Shown: positions 38,606 to 47,663 of the stretch, one piece after another
Layout: each line of letters starts with the position of its first letter
How positions within the stretch are numbered: the first letter of the stretch is position 1
From: an uncultured archaeon
GTDB taxonomy: Archaea > Asgardarchaeota > Lokiarchaeia > Sigyniarchaeales > SOKP01
DNA: 62,148 nucleotides
Assembly: GCA_964388035.1 (NCBI GenBank)
Contig: CAYLZE010000016.1
Span: forward strand, 1-62,148
Reading direction: 5' to 3'
Notes under the pieces: generated by a model
Database searches by the model: none
What the model saw: only the letters and a program-made list of their open reading frames with translations
Told to the model about the DNA's origin: nothing
Translations under genes and position numbers: made by a program

Positions 38606-39388
38606 ATGAAAGAAGAGAAAATGGATAGAGATTTAGAAAAAGAAGAAAATAAAGGGCTAAAAATAGGCATATTAGGTGGTATGGGACCAGAAGCAACAAT
38701 TTACCAATATCAATTGATTGTTAAATTTACTCCTGCTTCTCAAGATCAAGATCATATTCCCACCATCATTTATTCAAATCCTTTAATTCCTGATCGTACT
38801 GCCAGCATTCTAACTAATTCTCACGAGAAAATTGTTAACGACTTAGCCCAAACCGCTCAATTGCTGGAATCAGCAGGTGTCAGCTTTATCATTATTCCCT
38901 GTAATACCGCCCACTATTATATTAGCGATATTCAGAATTACGTTTCCATCCCTATACTTGATATGATAAAAATCACGGCGGAAAAAGTTAATGATGATTA
39001 TAAGCAGTTTAACTTAATGAAGAAGGATAATAAAATCGGGCTATTAGCGACTAAAGGCGTTGTAAAAGCAAGAGTTTATCATGATCGCTTTAATAAGAAA
39101 AATCTCCAAATAAAAACTCCGAACGATGGAGATCAAGAATCAATCATGAAGATTATCTATGATATCAAGGCAAAAGGAGTCACTAAAAGGTTGAAACAAG
39201 AATGTCAAGAAATAATGAAAAATCTAAAAAAAAACGATTCTCTCAGCCATATCATCCTGGGATGTACTGAGTTGCCACTGCTATTTCTAGAGGAAAGTGA
39301 GTTCGAAGAAAGTATTTTGATCAACCCCATGGAAATATTAGCAAAATACGTAATTTTAAAAATAAAAGGGAAATTAAAACAAATTTAA
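38606..39388 (+). CDS. Aspartate/glutamate racemase family (two-Cys) amino-acid racemase
   Basis: GILGGMGPEAT, PCNTAH, GCTELP. Confidence 0.92.
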   Translation: MKEEKMDRDLEKEENKGLKIGILGGMGPEATIYQYQLIVKFTPASQDQDHIPTIIYSNPLIPDRTASILTNSHEKIVNDLAQTAQLLESAGVSFIIIPCNTAHYYISDIQNYVSIPILDMIKITAEKVNDDYKQFNLMKKDNKIGLLATKGVVKARVYHDRFNKKNLQIKTPNDGDQESIMKIIYDIKAKGVTKRLKQECQEIMKNLKKNDSLSHIILGCTELPLLFLEESEFEESILINPMEILAKYVILKIKGKLKQI

Positions 39389-39605
39389 CCTTTAACAAAT
39401 AACCTATTGATTAGAAAGAACGATCCAAACCATTATCTGCATTTTATAAATGGAACAATTTAAAAAACTCAGAGGATCTTGAGTGACTTTCCTGCTTTTC
39501 TTTTTCTATATATAAAAATAAACCTATAATACTAGATTTTTATATTTTCCTTTACTTTTTTAACCACAAGATCAATAAAAATAATTATTATTTAATTTCA
39601 AAAAA

Positions 39606-40571
39606 ATGGTGGATTATAAGGATATTTTAAATGCTTATGAAAGGATCAAGAGTGTGGTAAATCAGACTCCAATAATGACATCAAGGACATTAAATCAAAA
39701 ACTTAATGCGAAAGTATTCTTGAAGTGTGAGAACTTCCAGAGAATTGGAGCATTCAAAATGCGAGGGGCATATAATGCTATCTCGCAATTGAGTGAAGTG
39801 CAGAAAGTGAAGGGGGTAATTACCCATTCAAGCGGAAATCATGCTCAAGCGGTGGCTTTAGCCGCAAAATTATTAGGAATAAAACCAACCATCGTGATGC
39901 CGACTTCTGCCCCTCAAGTGAAAATTAATGCCACGAAAAATACGTATGGTGCTGAAGTCGTATTATGCAAACCTACGATTGAATCGAGAACAGAAACCGC
40001 TAATAAATTAATCGCTCAATACGGGTATACAATGATTCATCCTTATGATAATGAAAATGTCATCGCGGGTGCGGGAACCGCGGGGCTTGAATTACTTAAT
40101 CAAGTGAATGATTTAAACATGGTGTTCGCACCTGTAGGGGGTGGAGGATTGTTAAGTGGAACGTCCCTTGCAGCGAAAGGATTTAATATTGAGATCAAGG
40201 TGTATGGAGTGGAACCTAAGAACATGGACGATGCTTATCGTTCCTTTCAAACGGGTAAACTTCAAACCAATCCAACTGTAAATTCTATAGCAGATGGCTT
40301 ATTGACTAATTTGAGTGAATTGACCTTTTATATTATCCGAGAAAACGTGGAAGAAATCATAACTGTAACTGAACATGAAATTTTAGAGGCAATGCGCTTT
40401 CTTTGGGAACGGATGAAATTAGTCGTGGAGCCATCCGGTGCTTGTTCCTTAGCAGGAGTGATGTCGGGAAAAGTGCAAATTGAGAATAAGAGAGTAGGCG
40501 TCATCATCAGTGGGGGAAATGTAGATTTATCGAACTTTTTCAAAATGTTTGAACAGAAAATTAAAAAATAG
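39606..40571 (+). CDS. PLP-dependent serine racemase / Ser-Thr dehydratase family
   Basis: KCENFQRIGAFKMRG, THSSGNH, VGGGGL, VVEPS, SGGN. Confidence 0.88.
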   Translation: MVDYKDILNAYERIKSVVNQTPIMTSRTLNQKLNAKVFLKCENFQRIGAFKMRGAYNAISQLSEVQKVKGVITHSSGNHAQAVALAAKLLGIKPTIVMPTSAPQVKINATKNTYGAEVVLCKPTIESRTETANKLIAQYGYTMIHPYDNENVIAGAGTAGLELLNQVNDLNMVFAPVGGGGLLSGTSLAAKGFNIEIKVYGVEPKNMDDAYRSFQTGKLQTNPTVNSIADGLLTNLSELTFYIIRENVEEIITVTEHEILEAMRFLWERMKLVVEPSGACSLAGVMSGKVQIENKRVGVIISGGNVDLSNFFKMFEQKIKK

Positions 40572-40592
40572 ACACAAATACTGAAAGATGAA

Positions 40593-41762
40593 ATGACAAT
40601 CAAATTATACTGGGAAAAACCCTATCAAACAGAATTTACCGCAAAAGTAACGGATCTTACGCAAGAAGGAGTTGTTCTTGATCAGACATTATTTTATCCT
40701 AAGGGAGGTGGTCAAGAATGCGATAAAGGATTTTTGAAACATAAAGAGCAAGCATATCTCATCGAAAAAGTAACTCAAAAGGCAGAAGATATCATTCACC
40801 ATCTTCCTCCAGAAACCTTAAAAAAGTTCCATTTAGGTGATGAGATTTCTGGAGAAATTAATTGGAACCATCGGTATGGTTTGATGAAAGCCCACACTTC
40901 CCAGCATCTTCTTTCCGCTCTGCTTCTCAATGATTATGACATAGATACAGGTAGGGCTTATATTAATTTTGAAGATGTCACGATTCAGTTAACCAAAGAA
41001 ATTGGATTGGAAGAATTAAAAAAAATATTCGAGAAAGCGAACGAGATAGGAACGGTAAAAAATTTTCCAATTATCGATAATATAGTAGATACTTCCGATA
41101 TAAATTATAAATTAATCAAACTAAGGGGAGATACACCCGAAAAGAAAAAGCTTCGATTAATTGAAATTGAAGATTTAGACAGGATTTTCTGTGGGGGGAC
41201 CCACGTAAAAAATACTATTGAAATTGGTCCTTTATTCATTTATGATTTTAAAAAGGGTATGGAGATAAAATATTATGTTGGTAACAAAGCTTCGAAGCTT
41301 ATTACTGATATCAATTTAGATTTAATTTCATTATCAATCGAATTAAATCAACCTATTGATCAGGTAAAAGATTTAATAGATAAGCGGCTTGAAAACATTA
41401 AGCAGTTGGAACAAGAAAAGGAAGAATTACTAACTTCTTACTTTAAAAATCTTTCAAAAAGCTCTGATGTAGAATTCAAATCAATTGGACTTTCTGTTTT
41501 GGATATGGACGTTGAAAACAATTTGCTCATAAAACTTTTTAAAGAATTTCCACCTAATCGAGTGTTAATTTTAAATTTAGATAAACAGCGTGTTAAAATA
41601 TTATCAAATACGGAAAAAGTTCGAGCTAATACTTTAATTCGAGAATTAATTAATAAGTTTGGGGGCAAAGGTGGCGGTTCTCCTTCAAATGCTCAAGGAA
41701 TTATTGAATTCAAACGTGATGGATTGATTTCGGAAATTATTGAGTATCTTAAACGAGATTAG
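40593..41762 (+). CDS. alaX: Free-standing alanyl-tRNA editing protein (AlaX with C-Ala/DHHA1 domain)
   Basis: TLFYPKGGGQ, HTSQH (HxxxH), CGGTH (CxxxH), GGKGGG. Confidence 0.88.
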   Translation: MTIKLYWEKPYQTEFTAKVTDLTQEGVVLDQTLFYPKGGGQECDKGFLKHKEQAYLIEKVTQKAEDIIHHLPPETLKKFHLGDEISGEINWNHRYGLMKAHTSQHLLSALLLNDYDIDTGRAYINFEDVTIQLTKEIGLEELKKIFEKANEIGTVKNFPIIDNIVDTSDINYKLIKLRGDTPEKKKLRLIEIEDLDRIFCGGTHVKNTIEIGPLFIYDFKKGMEIKYYVGNKASKLITDINLDLISLSIELNQPIDQVKDLIDKRLENIKQLEQEKEELLTSYFKNLSKSSDVEFKSIGLSVLDMDVENNLLIKLFKEFPPNRVLILNLDKQRVKILSNTEKVRANTLIRELINKFGGKGGGSPSNAQGIIEFKRDGLISEIIEYLKRD

Positions 41763-41903
41763 AAGCAATAAATTTTTAGCAAAAGTTCAGATATTCAATG
41801 CTATGATTCTCTCATAGTTATTTACAACTTAGAAATTATTTGAAATAATTTAATCTAAAAAAATAATTAAGTTAAAAACAATTTATTAAATTAGGTAAAT
41901 CGA

Positions 41904-42344
41904 ATGAATAGGTTTAGCGATTGGCTAAATCAAGCAAAAGAAGATTTTCAAGCTGCAATCGACAGCATGAATAGTGATCACTATGAATGGACTTGTTTTC
42001 AAGCGCAGCAGGCAGCAGAAAAAGCATTAAAAGCGTTACTTTTATCATTGAACGTTGAAGCGTGGGGGCGTGGCTTGATATATCTTCTGAAAAAATGGAA
42101 GGATGTTATGGCTGAAGAAATTAATAATGAAAATATGTTTGATGAGGAATTCTATAATGGATTATATGAAAAAGCACAAGAATTGGATAAACATTACATT
42201 CAACCGAGATATCCCAACTGATTTGCTTCCGGATATCCTGCAGAATTTTATAACAAAAAAATAGGAGCAAAATGTATTGAAAATGCAAAAATTATCCTTG
42301 AATTTGTTGAGAAAAAGATTGAGGAATTATCCCCATCTGAATGA
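41904..42344 (+). pseudogene. HEPN domain protein interrupted by in-frame TGA at 42219-42221
   Basis: CFQAQQAAEKALKA and YIQPRYPN*. The frame continues FASGYPAEFY...CIENAKIILEFVEKK to TGA at 42342-42344. Confidence 0.8.
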
Positions 42345-42708
42345 GTTGGAGAATTTTCTAAATAGTATTAATAAAACTCAGTTAAAATTAATTATGGTAT
42401 TTGGTTCTCTTGCAAAGGGAACATATACTCAATATAGCGATATTGATTTATTATGTGTTTTTGATAAATCTTTTAAAACCATGAAAGAACGATTCTTTGA
42501 GGCCTATAAGTACAGCGAGGGATTAATTCAACCAAAATCAATTAGCTATAATGAATTAGAAAAGGGATTAAAGGAAGGTAATTCTTTCTTACACAGTATT
42601 TTTACGCATGGAATTATTCTTTATAGTAAAATTCCGATCGAGATGTTGTTGTCGTGGAAAAATGAGGGCGAAAAGAAAGTAAATGTTGAATATTATTATC
42701 CGAAATAA
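42277..42708 (+). CDS. Minimal nucleotidyltransferase (MNT), partner of HEPN
   Basis: VFGSLAKG...SDIDL. Overlaps the 3' end of the restored HEPN frame. Confidence 0.88.
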   Translation: MKMQKLSLNLLRKRLRNYPHLNELENFLNSINKTQLKLIMVFGSLAKGTYTQYSDIDLLCVFDKSFKTMKERFFEAYKYSEGLIQPKSISYNELEKGLKEGNSFLHSIFTHGIILYSKIPIEMLLSWKNEGEKKVNVEYYYPK

Positions 42709-42893
42709 CTCATCCATTTTTTTCTAAACATAATTAAGCGATTTATCACTTATCATTCCATATTTATTTTTCTACTTCGATTTTCCTTCAAATACAACGA
42801 GATGAAAAAATTTAAAATAGTTTAAAGAATTTAAATATAATAGAATATTTTAAATCAATATTTATAATGTAATTATAAGCCATGAAATAGCTA

Positions 42894-43667
42894 ATGATAA
42901 TCAATAAAATCTTTTTTGAACTCTCAAATGAAGAAAGATATAAAGTTTTTAGAGCGTTATTTAACGAGAATAAGAGACATATTGATCTTGAGAAAGAACT
43001 AAACCTTCCGGGCTCGGAAGTATCGCGACATCTCAAACGATTAAAAGAAGAACATTTAATTCGAAAAGCTGTGAATCATCAATATTCTATTACCAATTTG
43101 GGCAAGATTTTTTATCAGATCTTGGATATATTCGAAGTGTCGATTAAACTAAGGGAGTTTTTTAACACTCATTCCATTGAAAAGATACCCCCTGAATTGA
43201 TCATTAAATTAGGTAATTTGAAAACGTTAGAAATCGGCAATAAGATATTACAAAACATTGAATCTTGGAGAGCGTTAATAAGAGATGCAGATAAGTATAT
43301 ATACGTCATTATGGACCAATTTGAAAGTTCTCTAATCCAAGTCTTCGAACAAAAAATACAAAAGAAGGATACAGAAATAAGGGTTCTTCTTTTTGAAAAT
43401 TTAGTGAATTCAATTCAGAATAAAGAGGAAGATGATGACAACAAGAATCCCTTGACTATTTTTAAGAAAATAGAGGGGGGAAAACGTGTAAAAATGTCAA
43501 ATGAAATGGATTTTTCATTAATTGTAACCGAAAAAGGTGCAATGCTTTTATTAAGTAAAGATAAAATGATTGATTATAATGAGTGCTTAATAGACACCCA
43601 TAATACCTTTATTGAATGGACCGGAGAGTTATTTGAAGAATACTGGAAAAGATCCAGCGATCTTTAA
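42894..43667 (+). CDS. ArsR-like winged-helix regulator with archaeal C-terminal domain (DUF1724-like)
   Basis: FFELSNEERYKV, EVSRHLKRL, YSITNLG, WTGELFEEYW. Confidence 0.8.
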   Translation: MIINKIFFELSNEERYKVFRALFNENKRHIDLEKELNLPGSEVSRHLKRLKEEHLIRKAVNHQYSITNLGKIFYQILDIFEVSIKLREFFNTHSIEKIPPELIIKLGNLKTLEIGNKILQNIESWRALIRDADKYIYVIMDQFESSLIQVFEQKIQKKDTEIRVLLFENLVNSIQNKEEDDDNKNPLTIFKKIEGGKRVKMSNEMDFSLIVTEKGAMLLLSKDKMIDYNECLIDTHNTFIEWTGELFEEYWKRSSDL

Positions 43668-43829
43668 TGAATTAAGAAAATAATGCTCAATAATTTGAAA
43701 CAGATAAAGATTCTTCTTTATTTTTTCTGAAAACCTAAATTCTCCTACTAATGAAATACTTTTTTAGTAAGGGATTCAACAAAATTTGAATATTGAAATT
43801 CAATATAATTTAATATAAATCAATATAAA

Positions 43830-45038
43830 TCAATGATCTAGCTCTTTTTTATATTTTTTATTGACTTCTGGTTCTAATCTGAAATTATCATCTTCCTTAC
43901 TATCGAGCCTTACCGGTTTTGTCTCATCCAAGGGAGCTTCACAGACCCAACATGCATTTTCTATTTCACTTAATGCTTGAGCACATTTCTGGCAATATAA
44001 AGCACCGCAATCGCAAATAAAACTATTGAATCTCTGAACTTTTCCCTTACACACGAGGCATATTTTTTTCTCTTTTGAAATGGTTACTTCCTCCTCAGTG
44101 ACCCGTTTAGGTCGTATAAAAGCAGTTAAAATTTCTGGTTGGGAGAGATCTCCAACAGAAGATTTTTCAACAATTCGCTTACTCAACTTATATTTGTAAA
44201 TACCGATAATCAATGTGAAGCTAATCAACAGCAGTAAAATTATGGCTACAACACCTATTAGAAATAAAGAATAAATAACGATTATGAAAGTTAAAGATAT
44301 TATGAAAAAGAAAATTCCAAAAATGCGATTTGGATTAACTTTTATTATATTTTCAACATCAATAAATGCTGGTAATAATACCAAAGACATTCCTATTATT
44401 TTAAGAATAATTCCTAATTCTATAGGAAAAAGGCTTGTTTGCTTCACATCAGGAATATCGAAAAAGGTGGAACTTGCATAAATTATAAATCCTATAAAAA
44501 TAAAGAAAGATAAATTCTGATATTCTATACTGGACTTTAAGACTAATCTGAATATCGTTAAAAAAACTATTGCCATTATAAAAAAACTGGAGAAATAAAA
44601 AATGTTCCAGTTAATGGGAGTAAACCAAAAGCTAATCAAATGAAGAAAACTAAAAAAAATCATTAAAAAGGTTAGTATAAACTTCGTGGATGGAAATACT
44701 CTTTCATATTGAAAAATATATATTATAAACATTAAATCGAAAAAAAAATGGCCAAAGAAAAGAATTTCATGGGCGGGAGAAAAATTATCATTAACTTCTC
44801 CCATATAAGTACCAGCGATATACACTCCAGGATAATAAAAGTGAGCAAGGAACCAAAAAGTATACGCAATTCCATTTATTAATCCAAGAGCTGCAAAACC
44901 TAGAAGGATATTTTTCTGATTCTTGTTCTCTGATGATTTAGCATTAAGAATGTACTTGATTCCTCCTGTTATTGCAAGAAATATATAGAAACTAAATAAT
45001 AATCGCTCAATAGGTGTCCACAATATCGTTACTGCCAA
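43830..45038 (-). CDS. Polytopic membrane protein with C-terminal RING-like zinc finger
   Basis: About 8-9 TM helices followed by CLVC...CDC..YCQKC...CWVC. Confidence 0.8.
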   Translation of the reverse strand: MAVTILWTPIERLLFSFYIFLAITGGIKYILNAKSSENKNQKNILLGFAALGLINGIAYTFWFLAHFYYPGVYIAGTYMGEVNDNFSPAHEILFFGHFFFDLMFIIYIFQYERVFPSTKFILTFLMIFFSFLHLISFWFTPINWNIFYFSSFFIMAIVFLTIFRLVLKSSIEYQNLSFFIFIGFIIYASSTFFDIPDVKQTSLFPIELGIILKIIGMSLVLLPAFIDVENIIKVNPNRIFGIFFFIISLTFIIVIYSLFLIGVVAIILLLLISFTLIIGIYKYKLSKRIVEKSSVGDLSQPEILTAFIRPKRVTEEEVTISKEKKICLVCKGKVQRFNSFICDCGALYCQKCAQALSEIENACWVCEAPLDETKPVRLDSKEDDNFRLEPEVNKKYKKELDH

Positions 45039-45375
45039 TTAGGATAAACACTTTTATCAATTTTTGAGTATTAATTAGATCATTTCAAAATAATAATCTT
45101 TTATTTATATGTTTTTTTTAATATTGAATTTAATTAAAGGATACTGAAAAATAATGCTCTTCCCTTCATTAATGTATAAGACAACTTGTTCTTTCTTCAA
45201 TCCTTAAAGCAACTTATTTAATAAACATCATTTTAACTCATGAATTATATCGCTTAATAACTATCAAATAATCAGAGCTTAATCCTCTTATTCTTTAATT
45301 TATAAGCAGAAGCAATAAAATCTTTTTACCAATATTATAATTGAAATTCAATTACTTTTTAGGTGAAAGAATAAA

Positions 45376-46158
45376 ATGATCGATGCAAATAAAAAGACTC
45401 TATTACAAGTAGGCAATTTGATAGGTTTCATTATAACCGTGTTAGTAAATTATTTAGCAAATGCGCTTCCTATAAATGGTATTACCACGGGAGAGCTTTC
45501 TGATTCGTATCCAAACCTATTTGTTCCCGCTGGTCTCACTTTTTCTATCTGGGGGGTAATTTATGTATTACTATTCATATTTTCGATTTATCAAATCAGA
45601 GATATAATAAAAAAAGATAAGATCGAAATGCCGTTCTTAGACAAGGTGGGATATTTTTTTATAATAAGTAGTGCCGCGAATATTCTCTGGATCTTTTTCT
45701 GGCAATATAGATTGGTCTTATTCTCTTTAATCATGATGCTGGTGCTCCTGGTATCTTTGATTTTGATTTATACCCGATTAGAAATAGGCCGTGTAGAAAT
45801 TTCCATTAAAGAAAGAATTGCGGTCCATTTACCTTTCAGCGTGTATTTAGGTTGGATAACAGTGGCTACCATCGCAAACGTGACTGCTTTATTAGTAGAC
45901 TGGGGAGTACAAAGTTTTGGACCCACGGCAGAATTATGGACCATTGTAGTTATCATCGTTGCGGTAATTATTACTTATGCGATGTTGCTTCTAAGAAAAG
46001 ATATTGCGTATTCACTCGTGGTTGTTTGGGCATCTCTTGGAATCTTTATTAAACAACTTGACTTAAACATGACAATAGCCATAACTGCCTTAATTGCTTT
46101 AATCGCTGTTGTAGTAGGAATCGTTTTTATCATAATAAAACAAGTAAAAAAGCCTTAA
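45376..46158 (+). CDS. TspO/MBR-like tryptophan-rich sensory membrane protein
   Basis: NYLANALP, FVPAGLTFSIWGVIY, PFSVYLGWITVATIAN. Confidence 0.78.
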   Translation: MIDANKKTLLQVGNLIGFIITVLVNYLANALPINGITTGELSDSYPNLFVPAGLTFSIWGVIYVLLFIFSIYQIRDIIKKDKIEMPFLDKVGYFFIISSAANILWIFFWQYRLVLFSLIMMLVLLVSLILIYTRLEIGRVEISIKERIAVHLPFSVYLGWITVATIANVTALLVDWGVQSFGPTAELWTIVVIIVAVIITYAMLLLRKDIAYSLVVVWASLGIFIKQLDLNMTIAITALIALIAVVVGIVFIIIKQVKKP

Positions 46159-46240
46159 GAAAATCAAATATATCAAATTTTCTTTTTTTTAATACAATAT
46201 AATACCTTTCCGTTTAAATTAATAGATATTTTCCCGAAAA

Positions 46241-46417
46241 TTAAATAAAAAAATTTACATGTCGTTCCATTCCCTTGTATATTGCCTTTTCATAATATGA
46301 TGCCGTGGGCGCTGTATCTTTTAAGGTCGTTCCCGTGGCGTGGTATGTGATAATTTCATCTTTCGAAATTCGTCTTAACATTTTTCGAGCGAGAAAAACA
46401 CCTAATTCCCCGCGGAT
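46241..46417 (-). pseudogene. 3' fragment of ornithine cyclodeaminase / alanine dehydrogenase (mu-crystallin) family gene
   Basis: Hand translation IRGELGVFLARKMLRRISKDEIITYHATGTTLKDTAPTASYYEKAIYKG resembles the family C-terminus. It is preceded by an in-frame TAA and has no N-terminal part. Confidence 0.6.
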
Positions 46418-46529
46418 TTAAGCACTCTTCCCATCACTTACAGATAACCAGCATCTTCTTTAATATTAATTTCATTCAACCTTAAATTGGGTTATTTGTA
46501 AAATATGGGGATTAATCCGATATTATTCT

Positions 46530-47636
46530 CTAAAACTCCTTAGTAATTTTTTCTGAAAATCTAAATTTTCCCGGTTTAATGCCCTTTTCTTTTGCAGTTT
46601 TATAGCAAATCAATTGAAGAAAGAGAATTTCCATCAAAGGTGATAAAAAAGAATCGTTAATATCGTGAACATGGAAAATAATTCTTGAATCAGAAAAAAT
46701 AGACGCCAGTTCCTTCGGAATGGATTCATTTGTTATATATAATAAGGATCCAAAACTCCACTTTTCGACCAAATTTTTAATGAAGTGAACACAAGACTCG
46801 TGATCTTGGTAAGAAGAAGCAATTAATATTAGCTTGGATTTTGAATTTAACGATTCTATTCCTCCATGTCTAAAAGTTGATAAGGTACAAGCTTCGGATG
46901 AGATTTTTACGATTTCCTTGAAATTCAGCGCCCCTTGATGGGCAGTTGCCAATGAAGGTCCTCGGGATAGAATTTGAACGAATTCATAGTCAATACCAAA
47001 TGAGCTTTTAATTGTAGACCAGAAATTCGCGATTTCTTCCTCATTCTCCAGCAAGTTCTTAACATTTTCTATGAGATGCTTAACTTTATCAAAATGAAGG
47101 GGAGATTCTCTTTTTTCCTCAAGAATCATGTCCCCTAGAAGAAATAAAACTAGCAAGGTGCAGGTGTAAGTTTTGGAGGTCACCGTTTCTTCTATTCCTG
47201 CATTTAAAATAATCTGTTTATCAGAATGCGAGGATAAATAGCTAGTGGGATCATTCGTAATTCCAATAATGTACGGCCTTATAGGTGTAACCTGAATTAA
47301 TTTAATCAATTCAACAATCTCTCCCGTTTCCCCCGATTGTGATATAAGCACAAGCATGCTTTCATTTAAGTATTCAAATCCCTTTCGAGGAAATCCATGA
47401 AGTAGAAATTCTCCTGTTTCAACAATCTCTGCATCTACTCCTGCTTGTTTTAACATGTAATAGGGGACATATGCGGCAAAAAGGCTGGATCCCATCCCGG
47501 AAAAGATTATTCGATTAATTCTTTTTCTGCCGGTGATAATCTCCTTAAATTGATTTTTATAGCCCCTTAAAAAATGATCATACCAACGTTCGAGTACTTT
47601 TCCTTGGGAAAGAATTTCTTCCTTGAAACCGCTCAT
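46530..47636 (-). CDS. Double SIS-domain phosphosugar isomerase/deglycase (GlmS/FrlB-like)
   Basis: SGMGSS, ISQSGET, TSKTY, LNFKE, FRHG. Confidence 0.88.
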   Translation of the reverse strand: MSGFKEEILSQGKVLERWYDHFLRGYKNQFKEIITGRKRINRIIFSGMGSSLFAAYVPYYMLKQAGVDAEIVETGEFLLHGFPRKGFEYLNESMLVLISQSGETGEIVELIKLIQVTPIRPYIIGITNDPTSYLSSHSDKQIILNAGIEETVTSKTYTCTLLVLFLLGDMILEEKRESPLHFDKVKHLIENVKNLLENEEEIANFWSTIKSSFGIDYEFVQILSRGPSLATAHQGALNFKEIVKISSEACTLSTFRHGGIESLNSKSKLILIASSYQDHESCVHFIKNLVEKWSFGSLLYITNESIPKELASIFSDSRIIFHVHDINDSFLSPLMEILFLQLICYKTAKEKGIKPGKFRFSEKITKEF

Positions 47637-47663
47637 GCTTATTCTTGCTCCTCAATTTTATAA

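Noticed and set aside
42219-42221. In-frame TGA as selenocysteine
   Set aside because: The position is not a Cys site in HEPN proteins and I saw no SECIS-like hairpin nearby; a nonsense mutation is simpler.
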